Positions 1 to 9,077 of a DNA stretch of 64,000 nt are shown here, in pieces (the first letter of the stretch is position 1; every line of letters begins with the position of its first letter). The position numbers were made by a program, and so were the translations under genes. The stretch spans positions 2,528,001-2,592,000 of the forward strand of contig OZ244905.1 in NCBI GenBank assembly GCA_965221695.1, given 5' to 3'. A model generated the notes under the pieces. The model had not been told where the DNA came from. It did not search any database and was given only the letters and a program-made list of their open reading frames with translations. The DNA comes from Gammaproteobacteria bacterium. GTDB taxonomy: Bacteria; Pseudomonadota; Gammaproteobacteria; Eutrophobiales; Eutrophobiaceae.

Positions 1-21
1 GGAATTATTTTGACCGGGTTC

Positions 22-657
22 ATGTCATTGAGTGAAGATCAGCTTGTCAACAACCTGCAACGGGGCCTGACAGAACTGGGCCTGAACCCGGAGTCCTGTC
101 CCTGTGACGCGTATCTCGAATATATCAACTTGCTGGCCAAATGGAATCGCGCCTACAACCTGACGGGTGTGCGCGATAAACAGAGGATGCTTTATGCGCA
201 CATATTGGACAGTCTTGCCGCGTTGCCTTATATTCGCGGAGAGCGTTGCCTGGATGTCGGCGCCGGCGCCGGCCTGCCCGGTTTCATCCTGGCGCTGACG
301 CAGCCGGATGCGGAATGGACTCTGCTGGATTCAAATGGTAAAAAAGTGCGTTTTCTACAGCAGTTACTGTTCGAGATGAAGGTCGGGAATGTCGAGATCG
401 TCCACTCCCGGGCAGAGGAGTTCTTGTCATCTACCCCGTATTCATCCATTATTTTCCGGGCATTCGGGTCCCTGCCCGCCTGTTACAGGGCAGTGGAGCA
501 CTTGGTGCAGCCTGGCGCCCGATTGTTGGCGATGAAAGGCAGGACGCCGGATTCGGAATTGCAGGAAGTGGCCGCCCGGGTAAAATCCGTTACAGTGGAG
601 GAATTGCATGTCCCCGGTATCGATGCGCACAGAAGTCTGGTAGTGTTGGAACTATGA
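22..657 (+). CDS. rsmG: 16S rRNA m7G527 methyltransferase RsmG (GidB)
   Basis: Motifs WNRAYNLT, HILDSL, LDVGAGAGLPG and LLAMKG; lies directly upstream of parAB. ATG at 22 preferred over TTG at 10. Confidence 0.95.
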   Translation: MSLSEDQLVNNLQRGLTELGLNPESCPCDAYLEYINLLAKWNRAYNLTGVRDKQRMLYAHILDSLAALPYIRGERCLDVGAGAGLPGFILALTQPDAEWTLLDSNGKKVRFLQQLLFEMKVGNVEIVHSRAEEFLSSTPYSSIIFRAFGSLPACYRAVEHLVQPGARLLAMKGRTPDSELQEVAARVKSVTVEELHVPGIDAHRSLVVLEL

Positions 658-674
658 GATATTCGAGCTAAAGA

Positions 675-1469
675 ATGAACTACTTCAGCGGGCAAGACGC
701 GAGGATCATCGCGGTGACGAACCAGAAAGGCGGGGTCGGAAAAACCACGACCAGCGTAAACCTGGCTGCATCCCTGGCCTCGGCCAAACGCAAGGTGCTG
801 CTCATTGACCTGGACCCGCAGGGCAACGCCACCATGGGTAGCGGCATCAACAAAAACGGGCTGGAACACAGCGGCTATGAGGTCCTGGCTGGAAACATGA
901 ATCTGCAGGATATCCTACTGCAAGCGCCGCTGTGCGGTTATGACCTGGCGCCCGGCAACGCCGACCTGACCGGCGCCGAGGTGGCCTTGTTGCAGAAAAA
1001 AGGGCGAGGCGACCGTCTGCAGAACGCGATCAAGCCGGTGCGCGCCAATTACCAGTATATCTTTATTGACTGTCCGCCTTCACTGAACATGCTGACGGTG
1101 AACGCCCTCGTCGCTGCCGATAGCGTGCTCATCCCGATTCAATGCGAATACTATGCGCTGGAGGGGCTGACAGCCCTGCTGGACACCGTTGAGAATATTC
1201 GCAGCTACTATAATCCGAAACTGGAGGTCGGCGGGCTGCTGCGCACCATGTATGATCCCCGTAACAAACTGTCGGATCAGGTGTCCGAACAATTACTTAA
1301 ACATTTCGGCGACAAGGTATACGAGACCGTTATCCCGCGCAACGTACGCCTGGCTGAAGCTCCCAGCCATGGTCTGCCTGTTATACAATATGACAGAACC
1401 TCACGCGGCGCGATCGCCTATCTCAACCTGGCCGGCGAAATGATAAACCGGGAAAACCAGGCAGCCTGA
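675..1469 (+). CDS. parA: Chromosome partitioning ATPase ParA/Soj
   Basis: Deviant Walker A NQKGGVGKTT, plus DLDPQGNAT, IDCPPSL and IPRNVRLAEAPSHG. Confidence 0.96.
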   Translation: MNYFSGQDARIIAVTNQKGGVGKTTTSVNLAASLASAKRKVLLIDLDPQGNATMGSGINKNGLEHSGYEVLAGNMNLQDILLQAPLCGYDLAPGNADLTGAEVALLQKKGRGDRLQNAIKPVRANYQYIFIDCPPSLNMLTVNALVAADSVLIPIQCEYYALEGLTALLDTVENIRSYYNPKLEVGGLLRTMYDPRNKLSDQVSEQLLKHFGDKVYETVIPRNVRLAEAPSHGLPVIQYDRTSRGAIAYLNLAGEMINRENQAA

Positions 1470-1488
1470 TATTTGCTGTGAGATTTAT

Positions 1489-1515
1489 GGAAGCTCTGAC
1501 TTAATCAGAGGTTCC
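1489..1515. repeat. Short palindrome GGAAGCTCTGA-N5-TCAGAGGTTCC (possible IS5-type MITE scar or terminator)
   Basis: 11-bp arms with 1 mismatch; related copies at 2459-2489 and 38943-38969. Confidence 0.5.
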
Positions 1516-1581
1516 TTAACATTTGACTGAGCGCCCGCTGCTGTGGGAGTGGTATAAGGGCATGAATTTCAGGAAATATAA

Positions 1582-2457
1582 ATGAGCGCAAAAAAACGTG
1601 GACTGGGCAGGGGACTGGAGGCCTTGCTGGGCCCCATGGAAACGACCGGTGCCGTGGTTGGCGGCCATGCAGAAGAATTGCGCACCCTGCCGGTCGAATT
1701 GCTGCAGCGGGGCGCTCACCAACCGCGGCTGGATTTTGACGCGGACGCCCTGCAGGAACTGGCCGATTCGATCAGCGCGCAAGGCGTGTTGCAGCCGGTG
1801 CTGGTCAGACCCCTGGACGATTCCGGCAGGTTTGAGATCATCGCCGGCGAGCGCCGCTGGCGAGCGGCGCAACTGGCCGGCTTGCATGAAATTCCCGCGG
1901 TAGTCAGAGAGCTGGATGATCGCGCGGCAATGTGCATTGGCCTGATTGAGAATATCCAAAGAGAAGACCTGAACCCGCTTGAACACGCCCGCGGGCTGGC
2001 GCGACTGGCGAAAGAATTCGATATGACCCATGAATCCATTGCCGAATCCGTAGGACGTTCGCGCTCGGCCATCACCAACATGCTGCGCCTGCTGGAGTTG
2101 TGCGATGAGGTCAAACACTTGATGGAAAACCGGCAACTGGAGATGGGCCATGCACGCGCTTTGCTCACCCTAAGCGAACAGCAACAGAGATGGGCGGCGC
2201 AGCAGATCATCAAGTCGGGTCTTTCAGTACGTGCGGCCGAGTCCCTGGTGCGGCGCCTGCAGAAGACAAAAACCGTGTTGAAACCCGGAGAGGATCGGGA
2301 TGATCCCGATATCAGGCGTCTGGAAACCGAATTATCCGAACAGCTTGGCGCGGCCGTTACCATCCAACAAAAAAAGCAGGGCAAAGGCGCGCTGCGTATC
2401 GCCTACAACTCCCTGGATGAGTTGGACGGCATCCTCGCCAGGATCCGAAATAAATAA
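1582..2457 (+). CDS. parB: Chromosome partitioning protein ParB/Spo0J
   Basis: KRGLGRGL N-terminus, IIAGERRWRAA CTP-binding motif, ENIQREDLNPLE, central HTH. Confidence 0.96.
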   Translation: MSAKKRGLGRGLEALLGPMETTGAVVGGHAEELRTLPVELLQRGAHQPRLDFDADALQELADSISAQGVLQPVLVRPLDDSGRFEIIAGERRWRAAQLAGLHEIPAVVRELDDRAAMCIGLIENIQREDLNPLEHARGLARLAKEFDMTHESIAESVGRSRSAITNMLRLLELCDEVKHLMENRQLEMGHARALLTLSEQQQRWAAQQIIKSGLSVRAAESLVRRLQKTKTVLKPGEDRDDPDIRRLETELSEQLGAAVTIQQKKQGKGALRIAYNSLDELDGILARIRNK

Positions 2458-2458
2458 A

Positions 2459-2489
2459 GGAAACTCTGATTAAGTCTCTCAGGGATTCC
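2459..2489. repeat. Short palindrome related to 1489-1515
   Basis: GGAAACTCTGATTAAGTC...TCAGGGATTCC; 2457-2476 is the reverse complement of 1498-1517 with 1 mismatch. Confidence 0.5.
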
Positions 2490-2537
2490 CAAACCCTCAT
2501 GATCAGGTATCTGCACACTCCGATTGCAAGTAACAAA

Positions 2538-2698
2538 TGGCACAGACCAAGGCATTCCCCCGTACCACTCCCGCAACAGCGGGAGTCCAGTCAAATACTG
2601 TGTCGCCCTGAGGGCGACCCTTTGTTTCACTGGATTCCCGTTTGCACGGGAATGGTACGGGGTGCAGGTCGGTAATAAAAATCTACACAACAAAATAT
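2538..2698. repeat. REP-like composite palindromic element, family A (two CCCG-N-CGGG hairpins around a GTCGCCC-N-GGGCGAC hairpin)
   Basis: Near reverse complement of 60270-60420; core ACTGGACTCCCGC..GCGGGAGTGGTA recurs at six intergenic sites. Confidence 0.85.
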
Positions 2699-2726
2699 AA
2701 TTTCTCCATTTAAGCGCCCATAAAGT

Positions 2727-3878
2727 ATGAATTCAAACAACAACCTTGATGACCTGAACATTACCCTCGGGGTAGAGGAAGAGTTTTTCCTAGTGGACCC
2801 GAATTCCAGGGATTTACTGGCCGATCCGGACCCGCAAATCTTCGAGACCTGCAAGGCAAACCAGGGAGCACACAAGGTGGTGCATGAATTCCTGCGTTCC
2901 CAGATTGAGATCAGTACCCGGGTCTGCACATCGGTACATGATGTGCGTAGTGCGTTAAAGGAAACCCGACGGGTGATGATCGACGGCGCCGCGCAGCACG
3001 GCGCGGCGGTATTGGCTACATCCACCCACCCGTTTGCGGCCTGGGATGAGCAGTTGCCCACACCCAACGATCGCTACGAGACCTTTGCGAATACGTTCCA
3101 GGAAAGTGTCAGGCGGTTGCTGGTCGGCGGCCTGCATATTCATGCCGGCTTTGGCGACCCGGAGACCCGTATCCAGGTGATGACCGCGCTGAGGCGTTAC
3201 CTGCCGGTATTCAATGCGTTGTCCGCCTCGTCGCCTTTCAGCGGCGCTAGGGAAACGGGCTTCAAGTGTGGACGCCTCAACCTGATGGGAGCGCTGCCCC
3301 GAACCAGCGTGCCCAGGGAGCTGAATTCGAAAGCGGATTTCGATCGCATAGTGGCAGATTATCAGCGCATGGAATTTATCGGCGACGGCAGTGAATTATG
3401 GTGGGATATTCGCCCGTCCCATGCTTATCCGACAGTCGAATTGCGCATTTGCGATATTTGCCCGCGGCTGGAAGACACGCTGGGCATAGTCGCGTTGTAT
3501 GCTACATTGGTGCGCCGGTTGTTAAGGCAAGCGCAAGAAGGCAGCTTGCCACCCGAACCCGCCACCGAAATTATTGCCGAAAACATCTGGCTTGCCCAGC
3601 GTTACGGCGTATTGGCTTTTCTTGGAGATACGATGAACGGCGGGCGCGTGGACATAGCCGACATGGTAACCCGACTGGTTGACGAACTCAGTGATGATGC
3701 CGCGGCGCTGGACTGCGAAGACGAATTACATTATGTACTCAATATCATCCGAGAGGGCGCCGGCGCCGACCGGCAGATCGATTGCTATCGGATCAGCCTG
3801 CTGGACGGTGCTACGAAAGAGGAGGCGCTACGTTCAGTCGTGGATATGTCGCTGGCCGAAACTTCGGCCGGGGTATAA
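2727..3878 (+). CDS. Carboxylate-amine ligase, YbdK/GCS2 family (putative glutamate-cysteine ligase 2)
   Basis: TLGVEEEFFLVD, GLHIHAG, SASSPF, WWDIRP and TVELRICD motifs. Confidence 0.9.
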   Translation: MNSNNNLDDLNITLGVEEEFFLVDPNSRDLLADPDPQIFETCKANQGAHKVVHEFLRSQIEISTRVCTSVHDVRSALKETRRVMIDGAAQHGAAVLATSTHPFAAWDEQLPTPNDRYETFANTFQESVRRLLVGGLHIHAGFGDPETRIQVMTALRRYLPVFNALSASSPFSGARETGFKCGRLNLMGALPRTSVPRELNSKADFDRIVADYQRMEFIGDGSELWWDIRPSHAYPTVELRICDICPRLEDTLGIVALYATLVRRLLRQAQEGSLPPEPATEIIAENIWLAQRYGVLAFLGDTMNGGRVDIADMVTRLVDELSDDAAALDCEDELHYVLNIIREGAGADRQIDCYRISLLDGATKEEALRSVVDMSLAETSAGV

Positions 3879-3895
3879 AGAACTTTGCGGTCCGG

Positions 3896-4510
3896 ATGGT
3901 TTCAGAATTAACTGGCAAAGGTACTGCGCTTGCAGGATGGATCACATGCCTCTTTCTGATAACCAGTAATATAACATTGGCACAAGCAAAGGAAGAACAG
4001 ACCTGTGCTGTTGCCTCGGCTGACTTCAGCACGCTGACTTTTGATGTGTTTGATCAAGCTGTTGGCTCACCCTTGTCATGGAGATGTGTCGCTGATACGG
4101 GGGATTTCAAGCAAGCACAAGAGTTAATTCACAAGTACATCGCGGTAAATCAAACACGATTGGATCAATATGAAATTCGAATTCTGAACTTTCATTCCGG
4201 CCAATTAGCCGCTGTTGATGAAAGATATGAGGATGCGATAGGGAAATTTTATCAAGCGCTTGATGATAGTGACAGTCCCGCTGATTTCTTGAGCTGGAAT
4301 GAATATGTGTTAGGCACAATCTACTTCCTGCAAGGTGATATCAAGAAACTTGAACGTAAAATAAAGAAAATAGAATCCAGGAATATACAAATGGATGTTT
4401 ATAATCTGCGCATATTAAAAAACTTCCTCAAGTGTTCAACGGACACATATCAAAGCATATATTCCCGCACATCACCCTGTATTACTAACAAGCCGGATTC
4501 CCCACAATAA
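3896..4510 (+). CDS. Hypothetical exported protein, TPR-like helical
   Basis: Signal-peptide-like N-terminus ending LAQA; helical repeats; more AT-rich than neighbours. Confidence 0.6.
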   Translation: MVSELTGKGTALAGWITCLFLITSNITLAQAKEEQTCAVASADFSTLTFDVFDQAVGSPLSWRCVADTGDFKQAQELIHKYIAVNQTRLDQYEIRILNFHSGQLAAVDERYEDAIGKFYQALDDSDSPADFLSWNEYVLGTIYFLQGDIKKLERKIKKIESRNIQMDVYNLRILKNFLKCSTDTYQSIYSRTSPCITNKPDSPQ

Positions 4511-4827
4511 CCATATCCTCTAGACAATGGCAATTCATCGGATATACGTTTTCTTCAAACCATATTGTAACTCTATTTGACATTTAGTCGTCTATAAGTA
4601 AAGTAGCTCTGCGCTGGAACTTGTCAAACGGCTCAAATGTTACGCTTTCGATTCCGGATTTGTTATCTTACCGACGCCTATAGCTGGAAGGCATCCAGGT
4701 TGGCATGTCAGCGCCTGCGTGAAGCAGTCTCCAAAATGGCAGTGGATAATAGGTTGGATAATCGGGTTGACTGTTCATATTGCATAACCTAGAGTACTAT
4801 CATGACAAGGTGTAAGGGCATTCCCGC

Positions 4828-5253
4828 GTGAAGCTCGACACCACCTTTTTGCACCGGTGTTTAACATCGCTCGAACGGGCCATTAACGAAATCGAGCGGC
4901 TTGACGACACCGAGGATATTCTGTACGAGATTTACTGCGCCGCCTGCGTCAAAGAGTTTGAATTGGTACTCGAGCAGAGTGGCAAGCTCTTGCGCAAGCG
5001 TATCGCAGCATTCTTTGCCAGCAACCTGCAAGCGGATCGTCTGGCCTTCAAAGACCTCTTCCGCCATGCAGCTAAACACGGTCTGATGGATGCTGACACC
5101 GTCGAACGCTGGGTTTCTTATCGCGACAATCGCAACAACACGGCTCACGACTACGGCGAGAATTTTGCCGAAGCAACGCTCAAACTCCTACCTGCGTTTG
5201 TCGCTGATGCAAAGACGTTGGCGGACATTATTGAGTCGGGGGAAGATGGCTGA
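4828..5253 (+). CDS. HEPN-type nucleotidyltransferase substrate-binding protein (HI0074-like toxin)
   Basis: KEFELVLEQSGKLLRK and the Rx4H motif RNNTAH-DY; overlaps the downstream MNT gene. Confidence 0.85.
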   Translation: MKLDTTFLHRCLTSLERAINEIERLDDTEDILYEIYCAACVKEFELVLEQSGKLLRKRIAAFFASNLQADRLAFKDLFRHAAKHGLMDADTVERWVSYRDNRNNTAHDYGENFAEATLKLLPAFVADAKTLADIIESGEDG

Positions 5254-5563
5254 CTGCTTACACCTGGAACCAAGGCACCGCCGGATATTGCAGGCGCTAT
5301 TGCGGAAGAGCTTGCCCGATGTCGAAGTCTGGGCATACGGCAGTCGGGTGAATGGTCGCAGCCACGAAAGCAGCGACTTGGACCTCGTGTTGCGTGGTCC
5401 TGGCTTGAAAGCGATACCAACCTGCCAATTAGCCGATTTTAAGGAGTCGCTGCGGGAATCCACAATACCATTCCTGGTCGAAGCCAGGGACTGGGCACTG
5501 ATGCCAAAGCGGTTTCATCAGGAGACCGAACGAGAGCATGTGTCACTCGAGCATGAGACGTGA
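5246..5563 (+). CDS. Minimal nucleotidyltransferase (MNT) antitoxin
   Basis: YGSRVNG...SDLDL motif; ATG at 5246 overlaps the HEPN gene end. Confidence 0.85.
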   Translation: MADCLHLEPRHRRILQALLRKSLPDVEVWAYGSRVNGRSHESSDLDLVLRGPGLKAIPTCQLADFKESLRESTIPFLVEARDWALMPKRFHQETEREHVSLEHET

Positions 5564-5619
5564 TTTATATATGGGGCAAGTGACACCCTCCCTGAACGCT
5601 ATGGAATCTGCCCCCGCTC

Positions 5620-6138
5620 TCACCTCGTCAGGGAGTGGATCAGCGCTGCTCTATCCGGGTACTGTTCAAGCAGTTGTTCGCGGTCACCCGGGACGTAATC
5701 AGCGTCGATGAAACCCGGCGCCATGGTTGTGCCCAGCAGCGCAAACTCTCCCCCATGGATGATACGAGCGCCCTGCCAGACGCCGGCGGGAGCAACAAAC
5801 TGCAGATGCTGACCGTTCGTTACGTCCTGCCCCAGCGTAATGATCTCGCTGCGGCCGTCTTCTTTCAGCAAGAGCAATTCAACCGGGTCTCCCAGGTAGA
5901 AATGATAGATTTCATCGGTGGGCAGAGTATGCAGCGACGAGAAGGAATCCGGCTCTGACGATAGCAGGTAAAAGATCGCAGTCGAACGCGGTTTGCTTAC
6001 CTGTGTCTCTGTGCCGGGCGCGCTCACGAGAACGTTTTCATCCGCGCGGTAAGTCTGCCGGAAATGTCCCCCTTCAAGCGGCAATATCTCGAGCCCGAAT
6101 GCTTCTATCAATATTTTGGCATTAAGTTTTTTCGTCAT
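5620..6138 (-). CDS. Cupin_5 (DUF985) family protein
   Basis: LPLEGGHFRQTY, STAIFYLL, DEIYHFYLGDP and MAPGF motifs. Confidence 0.88.
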   Translation of the reverse strand: MTKKLNAKILIEAFGLEILPLEGGHFRQTYRADENVLVSAPGTETQVSKPRSTAIFYLLSSEPDSFSSLHTLPTDEIYHFYLGDPVELLLLKEDGRSEIITLGQDVTNGQHLQFVAPAGVWQGARIIHGGEFALLGTTMAPGFIDADYVPGDREQLLEQYPDRAALIHSLTR

Positions 6139-6216
6139 GGCGCCAGTTTATAAGATATCCGGTCTGTTATGTTTATCTTGCAAGCACTGTACCGAAAGGG
6201 TTAGTTATCAAACCTA

Positions 6217-6242
6217 CCCCCGGGACCGCGGGCGGGTCGCCG
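6217..6242. repeat. REP-like element, family B (GGGA[C/G]CGCGGGCG core)
   Basis: Similar to 39001-39050, 56416-56432 and 61317-61343 (reverse orientation). Confidence 0.4.
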
Positions 6243-6279
6243 ATTGACCGCAATTTATCTTCTAAACTTTGTTGCTTTG

Positions 6280-7281
6280 TCATTGTTTGCTCTCCCCTTT
6301 TGCCGCGCGTTTCTTTTTTTCACGCTTGGCCAACATGATTTCGGAGAGCTTGGCGCCCCTTCCGGGTTCCGACCAGGGGCAAACTTCAACACAGATAGAG
6401 CAGCCGTTTGTTTTCGTGAAATACCAGACACACTTGTCATGATCGACATACCACTTCTCCACCCCCCTGACCATTTGCCTTTTGTCTGAAATGGCGCCAA
6501 CCGGACAATTTATCGTACAGGCCTGGCAGGTAAGGCATACATCCTGCACACCAATATCCACTGGTTCATCAATCTTTAGTGGAAGATCGGTCAACACAAG
6601 AGTCAACCGGAAGTTGGAACCGTGCTCCTTGCTGATCATAGACCCATGCTTACCCAGTTCTCCAAGCCCCCCTTCAATAGCAGCGGGCATCATCAGAATA
6701 TCCCTGCCGAAACCAAAGGCTTCCGCCGGCCATCCCAGGGAACGAATGTACGCGGCGACCTTATTCGCAGTCAACGTTCCATAGCGATAAATCCGCACGA
6801 CCTCAACACCGGCTTCATCCTGAGGCGCGTTCTTCATTATTTCGCGATCCTGCTCAAAGCCTATGCTTATCGCGTACTTGTAAGGATAAGACTCCTCGCC
6901 TTCATACAACAACAAATCATCCCTGGCCTCGGTGATGCCAACAATACTGGCTCCCAATTCTTTTGCTTTTTCCTTGAGTTGTGCTGACATGCTTGCAGGA
7001 TCATCGACGGCGACCTGGCGGGGAGCGACTTTTCCTCGAGCATTTCTGCTGGCGTACATCGACAATACAAGCCCACTGAACGTGGCCCAGGACAGGTTAA
7101 AAAAAAAGAAATCCCACAAATCCTTCCACTCGTAATCACGAACGGCGAAATCGTCAGGTGCAAGTATTCTGGGTCTTTTTTTAGTCCTGACACCCAATCC
7201 GTTTATATCGTTTCCGGAAAGGGGAGGCTGTCCGGCGTAATCATGGGTACGGTCTGGTGGCGGTGGATTTTTAGCTCTCAT
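6280..7281 (-). CDS. Reductive dehalogenase-like cobalamin/2x[4Fe-4S] protein
   Basis: AKELGASIVGI, GGLGELGKHG...FRLTLVLTDLPL, CLTCQACTINCP and C...GCSICVEVCPW; GGAGG RBS before ATG 7281; no TAT signal. Confidence 0.75.
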   Translation of the reverse strand: MRAKNPPPPDRTHDYAGQPPLSGNDINGLGVRTKKRPRILAPDDFAVRDYEWKDLWDFFFFNLSWATFSGLVLSMYASRNARGKVAPRQVAVDDPASMSAQLKEKAKELGASIVGITEARDDLLLYEGEESYPYKYAISIGFEQDREIMKNAPQDEAGVEVVRIYRYGTLTANKVAAYIRSLGWPAEAFGFGRDILMMPAAIEGGLGELGKHGSMISKEHGSNFRLTLVLTDLPLKIDEPVDIGVQDVCLTCQACTINCPVGAISDKRQMVRGVEKWYVDHDKCVWYFTKTNGCSICVEVCPWSEPGRGAKLSEIMLAKREKKKRAAKGESKQ

Positions 7282-7507
7282 CCTTATTCCTCCCGAAAGG
7301 CAAACGGTCCACATAAAAAACCCGTCCCTCTTTCTGTGCCTTGCGATAGGCCAGACGGACGATGGCGCCGTATACCGCCCAAAGAAAAAAAGTCACCAGC
7401 ACATAGATGGCAAACATAACATTAGATTTGAACCATGCGACAGGCCCCGTTTCTCTGACCTCAAAATTACCCCGAATATTGGGAGCTTGATTTTCTTCCG
7501 CGCGCAT
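7271..7507 (-). CDS. Small single-pass membrane protein overlapping the rdhA-like gene
   Basis: Hydrophobic stretch VMFAIYVLVTFFLWAVYGAIV; 11-nt overlap suggests translational coupling. Confidence 0.6.
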   Translation of the reverse strand: MRAEENQAPNIRGNFEVRETGPVAWFKSNVMFAIYVLVTFFLWAVYGAIVRLAYRKAQKEGRVFYVDRLPFGRNKDES

Positions 7508-7692
7508 TTGAGTACCTTCCGGGATGTTTTACAGGCGCCCTTATGAGCAGTCTTTAATTATGATGGTTGTACTCGGACCTGATAAAAAATTGCGGCAATA
7601 GCTCGTGGCTTTGAAAACGAGTTTCGCAAACAGGCCATGAATATTGCGCTTTCCGGGGAAATTTAGCGGCCTGTGATAGCCGGATAATGCAA

Positions 7693-8325
7693 TCATGGAC
7701 TAGTGGCCAATTTCAGTATTTGCTGTTTTACTGATTTTTCAATGCCATATAAATCAGTTTGTTGGTGCACTCCTGATCCTAATATTATCATTAATCCTTC
7801 CACCATAGCCGCGATCATAACCGTCCGGTGTTTTATCTCTTGTTGCCCCAGGGCCGGATTTATTGGTTCAATCAAATGGTACAGGCGATTACGGTACATA
7901 CCAAAAAACTCGTCGATTAATTCATCAGCAAGGTGCTCATCTGCGGTAAGCAAAGCCCAGAATTGAATAAAAAAGCGGCGAACCTGCGGATTGCTGATCT
8001 CTTTAAACAGGTAATCTATCACCTTCATAAATTGTTCTTCCGGGCTTATTTCATGATCGACAAGAGGTAATTTGAGGTTTTCGGTGTAGTCTTCGACGAT
8101 GGAGTGAATAAGACCGTGAATCAGTTCCTTTTTACCAGGAAAATAATAATACACATTACTTATATGAATACCGGCTTTCTTCGTGATGTTACGTACCGTG
8201 AATTTCGTATAGCCTTCGTTAATTAATATATACTTGGCGGCGTCCATAATTTGGTTAACGCATTTTCGCCCTTTATCCGCGGTCGCGGTACCCGACTTGA
8301 TAATGTTTTCATATGGAATCGACAT
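7693..8325 (-). CDS. TetR/AcrR family transcriptional regulator
   Basis: HTH IMDAAKYILINEGYTKFTVRNITKKAGIHISNVYYYFPGKKEL; start set at MSIPY. Confidence 0.9.
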   Translation of the reverse strand: MSIPYENIIKSGTATADKGRKCVNQIMDAAKYILINEGYTKFTVRNITKKAGIHISNVYYYFPGKKELIHGLIHSIVEDYTENLKLPLVDHEISPEEQFMKVIDYLFKEISNPQVRRFFIQFWALLTADEHLADELIDEFFGMYRNRLYHLIEPINPALGQQEIKHRTVMIAAMVEGLMIILGSGVHQQTDLYGIEKSVKQQILKLATSP

Positions 8326-8548
8326 TACTGTTTTGGTGTATCCATTTATCGTTTTAGAGTTATATCTGAACCTGATGTTTGCGGGGCTGGATAAGAGCGG
8401 CGTATCTGGCTGATGAGTTTTCGTCAGGCATCTTATCCTAAGGAACAGATATTTACCAAACGGTTTACGCAAGACATAATTGACACGCTTGGAGCCAGGA
8501 TTTATGAACTCGTAACCAGGGCTTTCCCATCCCAACCCGGAGGACATC

Positions 8549-8950
8549 ATGAAAAAGCTTTGTTTTTCTATATTATACCCAGCATTACTCGGCAGTATCG
8601 CGCTGTTGCCGTTCTCTGCCCTCGGCGCTGAAGTAACCGTGTTGTTTAATCAGGATTTACAGGATATGCCGGGCAAGACCGGCCAGCTACTGACCGTGGA
8701 ATTTGCGCCCGGGGAAGTGTCAGCGCCGCATCGCCATAACGCCCACACCTTCGTTTACGTGCTGGAAGGTTCCGTTGTCATGCAGGTGCAAGGCGATGAA
8801 GCAAAGATCCTTACCGCAGGACAGACCTTTTACGAAAACCCGGACGACATCCACACCGTTGCGAACAACGCCAGTAACACGGAACCGGCGAAGATCCTGG
8901 TCTTCTTCATCAAAGACAGCGACGCCCCAGCCAGCATGCCGGTCGAGTAG
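8549..8950 (+). CDS. Exported cupin domain protein
   Basis: Signal peptide; PHRHNAHTFVYVLEG and FYENPDDIH cupin motifs. Confidence 0.88.
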   Translation: MKKLCFSILYPALLGSIALLPFSALGAEVTVLFNQDLQDMPGKTGQLLTVEFAPGEVSAPHRHNAHTFVYVLEGSVVMQVQGDEAKILTAGQTFYENPDDIHTVANNASNTEPAKILVFFIKDSDAPASMPVE

Positions 8951-9077
8951 AGCCGGCGGTCATTTATGTGGCCAAATAATTGTGATATTCTAGATGTTAT
9001 AATATATTTAATCTACAAAACATGTAGTTATCTAATTAATATCCGACCATTAAAGTGGCCAATATGCAGGTGAATTA

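Noticed and set aside
2622-2637. Possible parS half-site TGTTTCAC near parB
   Set aside because: The second half does not match GTGAAACA, and the sequence lies inside a REP-like element.
6280-7281. queG assignment
   Set aside because: Lacks the QueG YAxGxDYH region; motif spacing is more RdhA-like.
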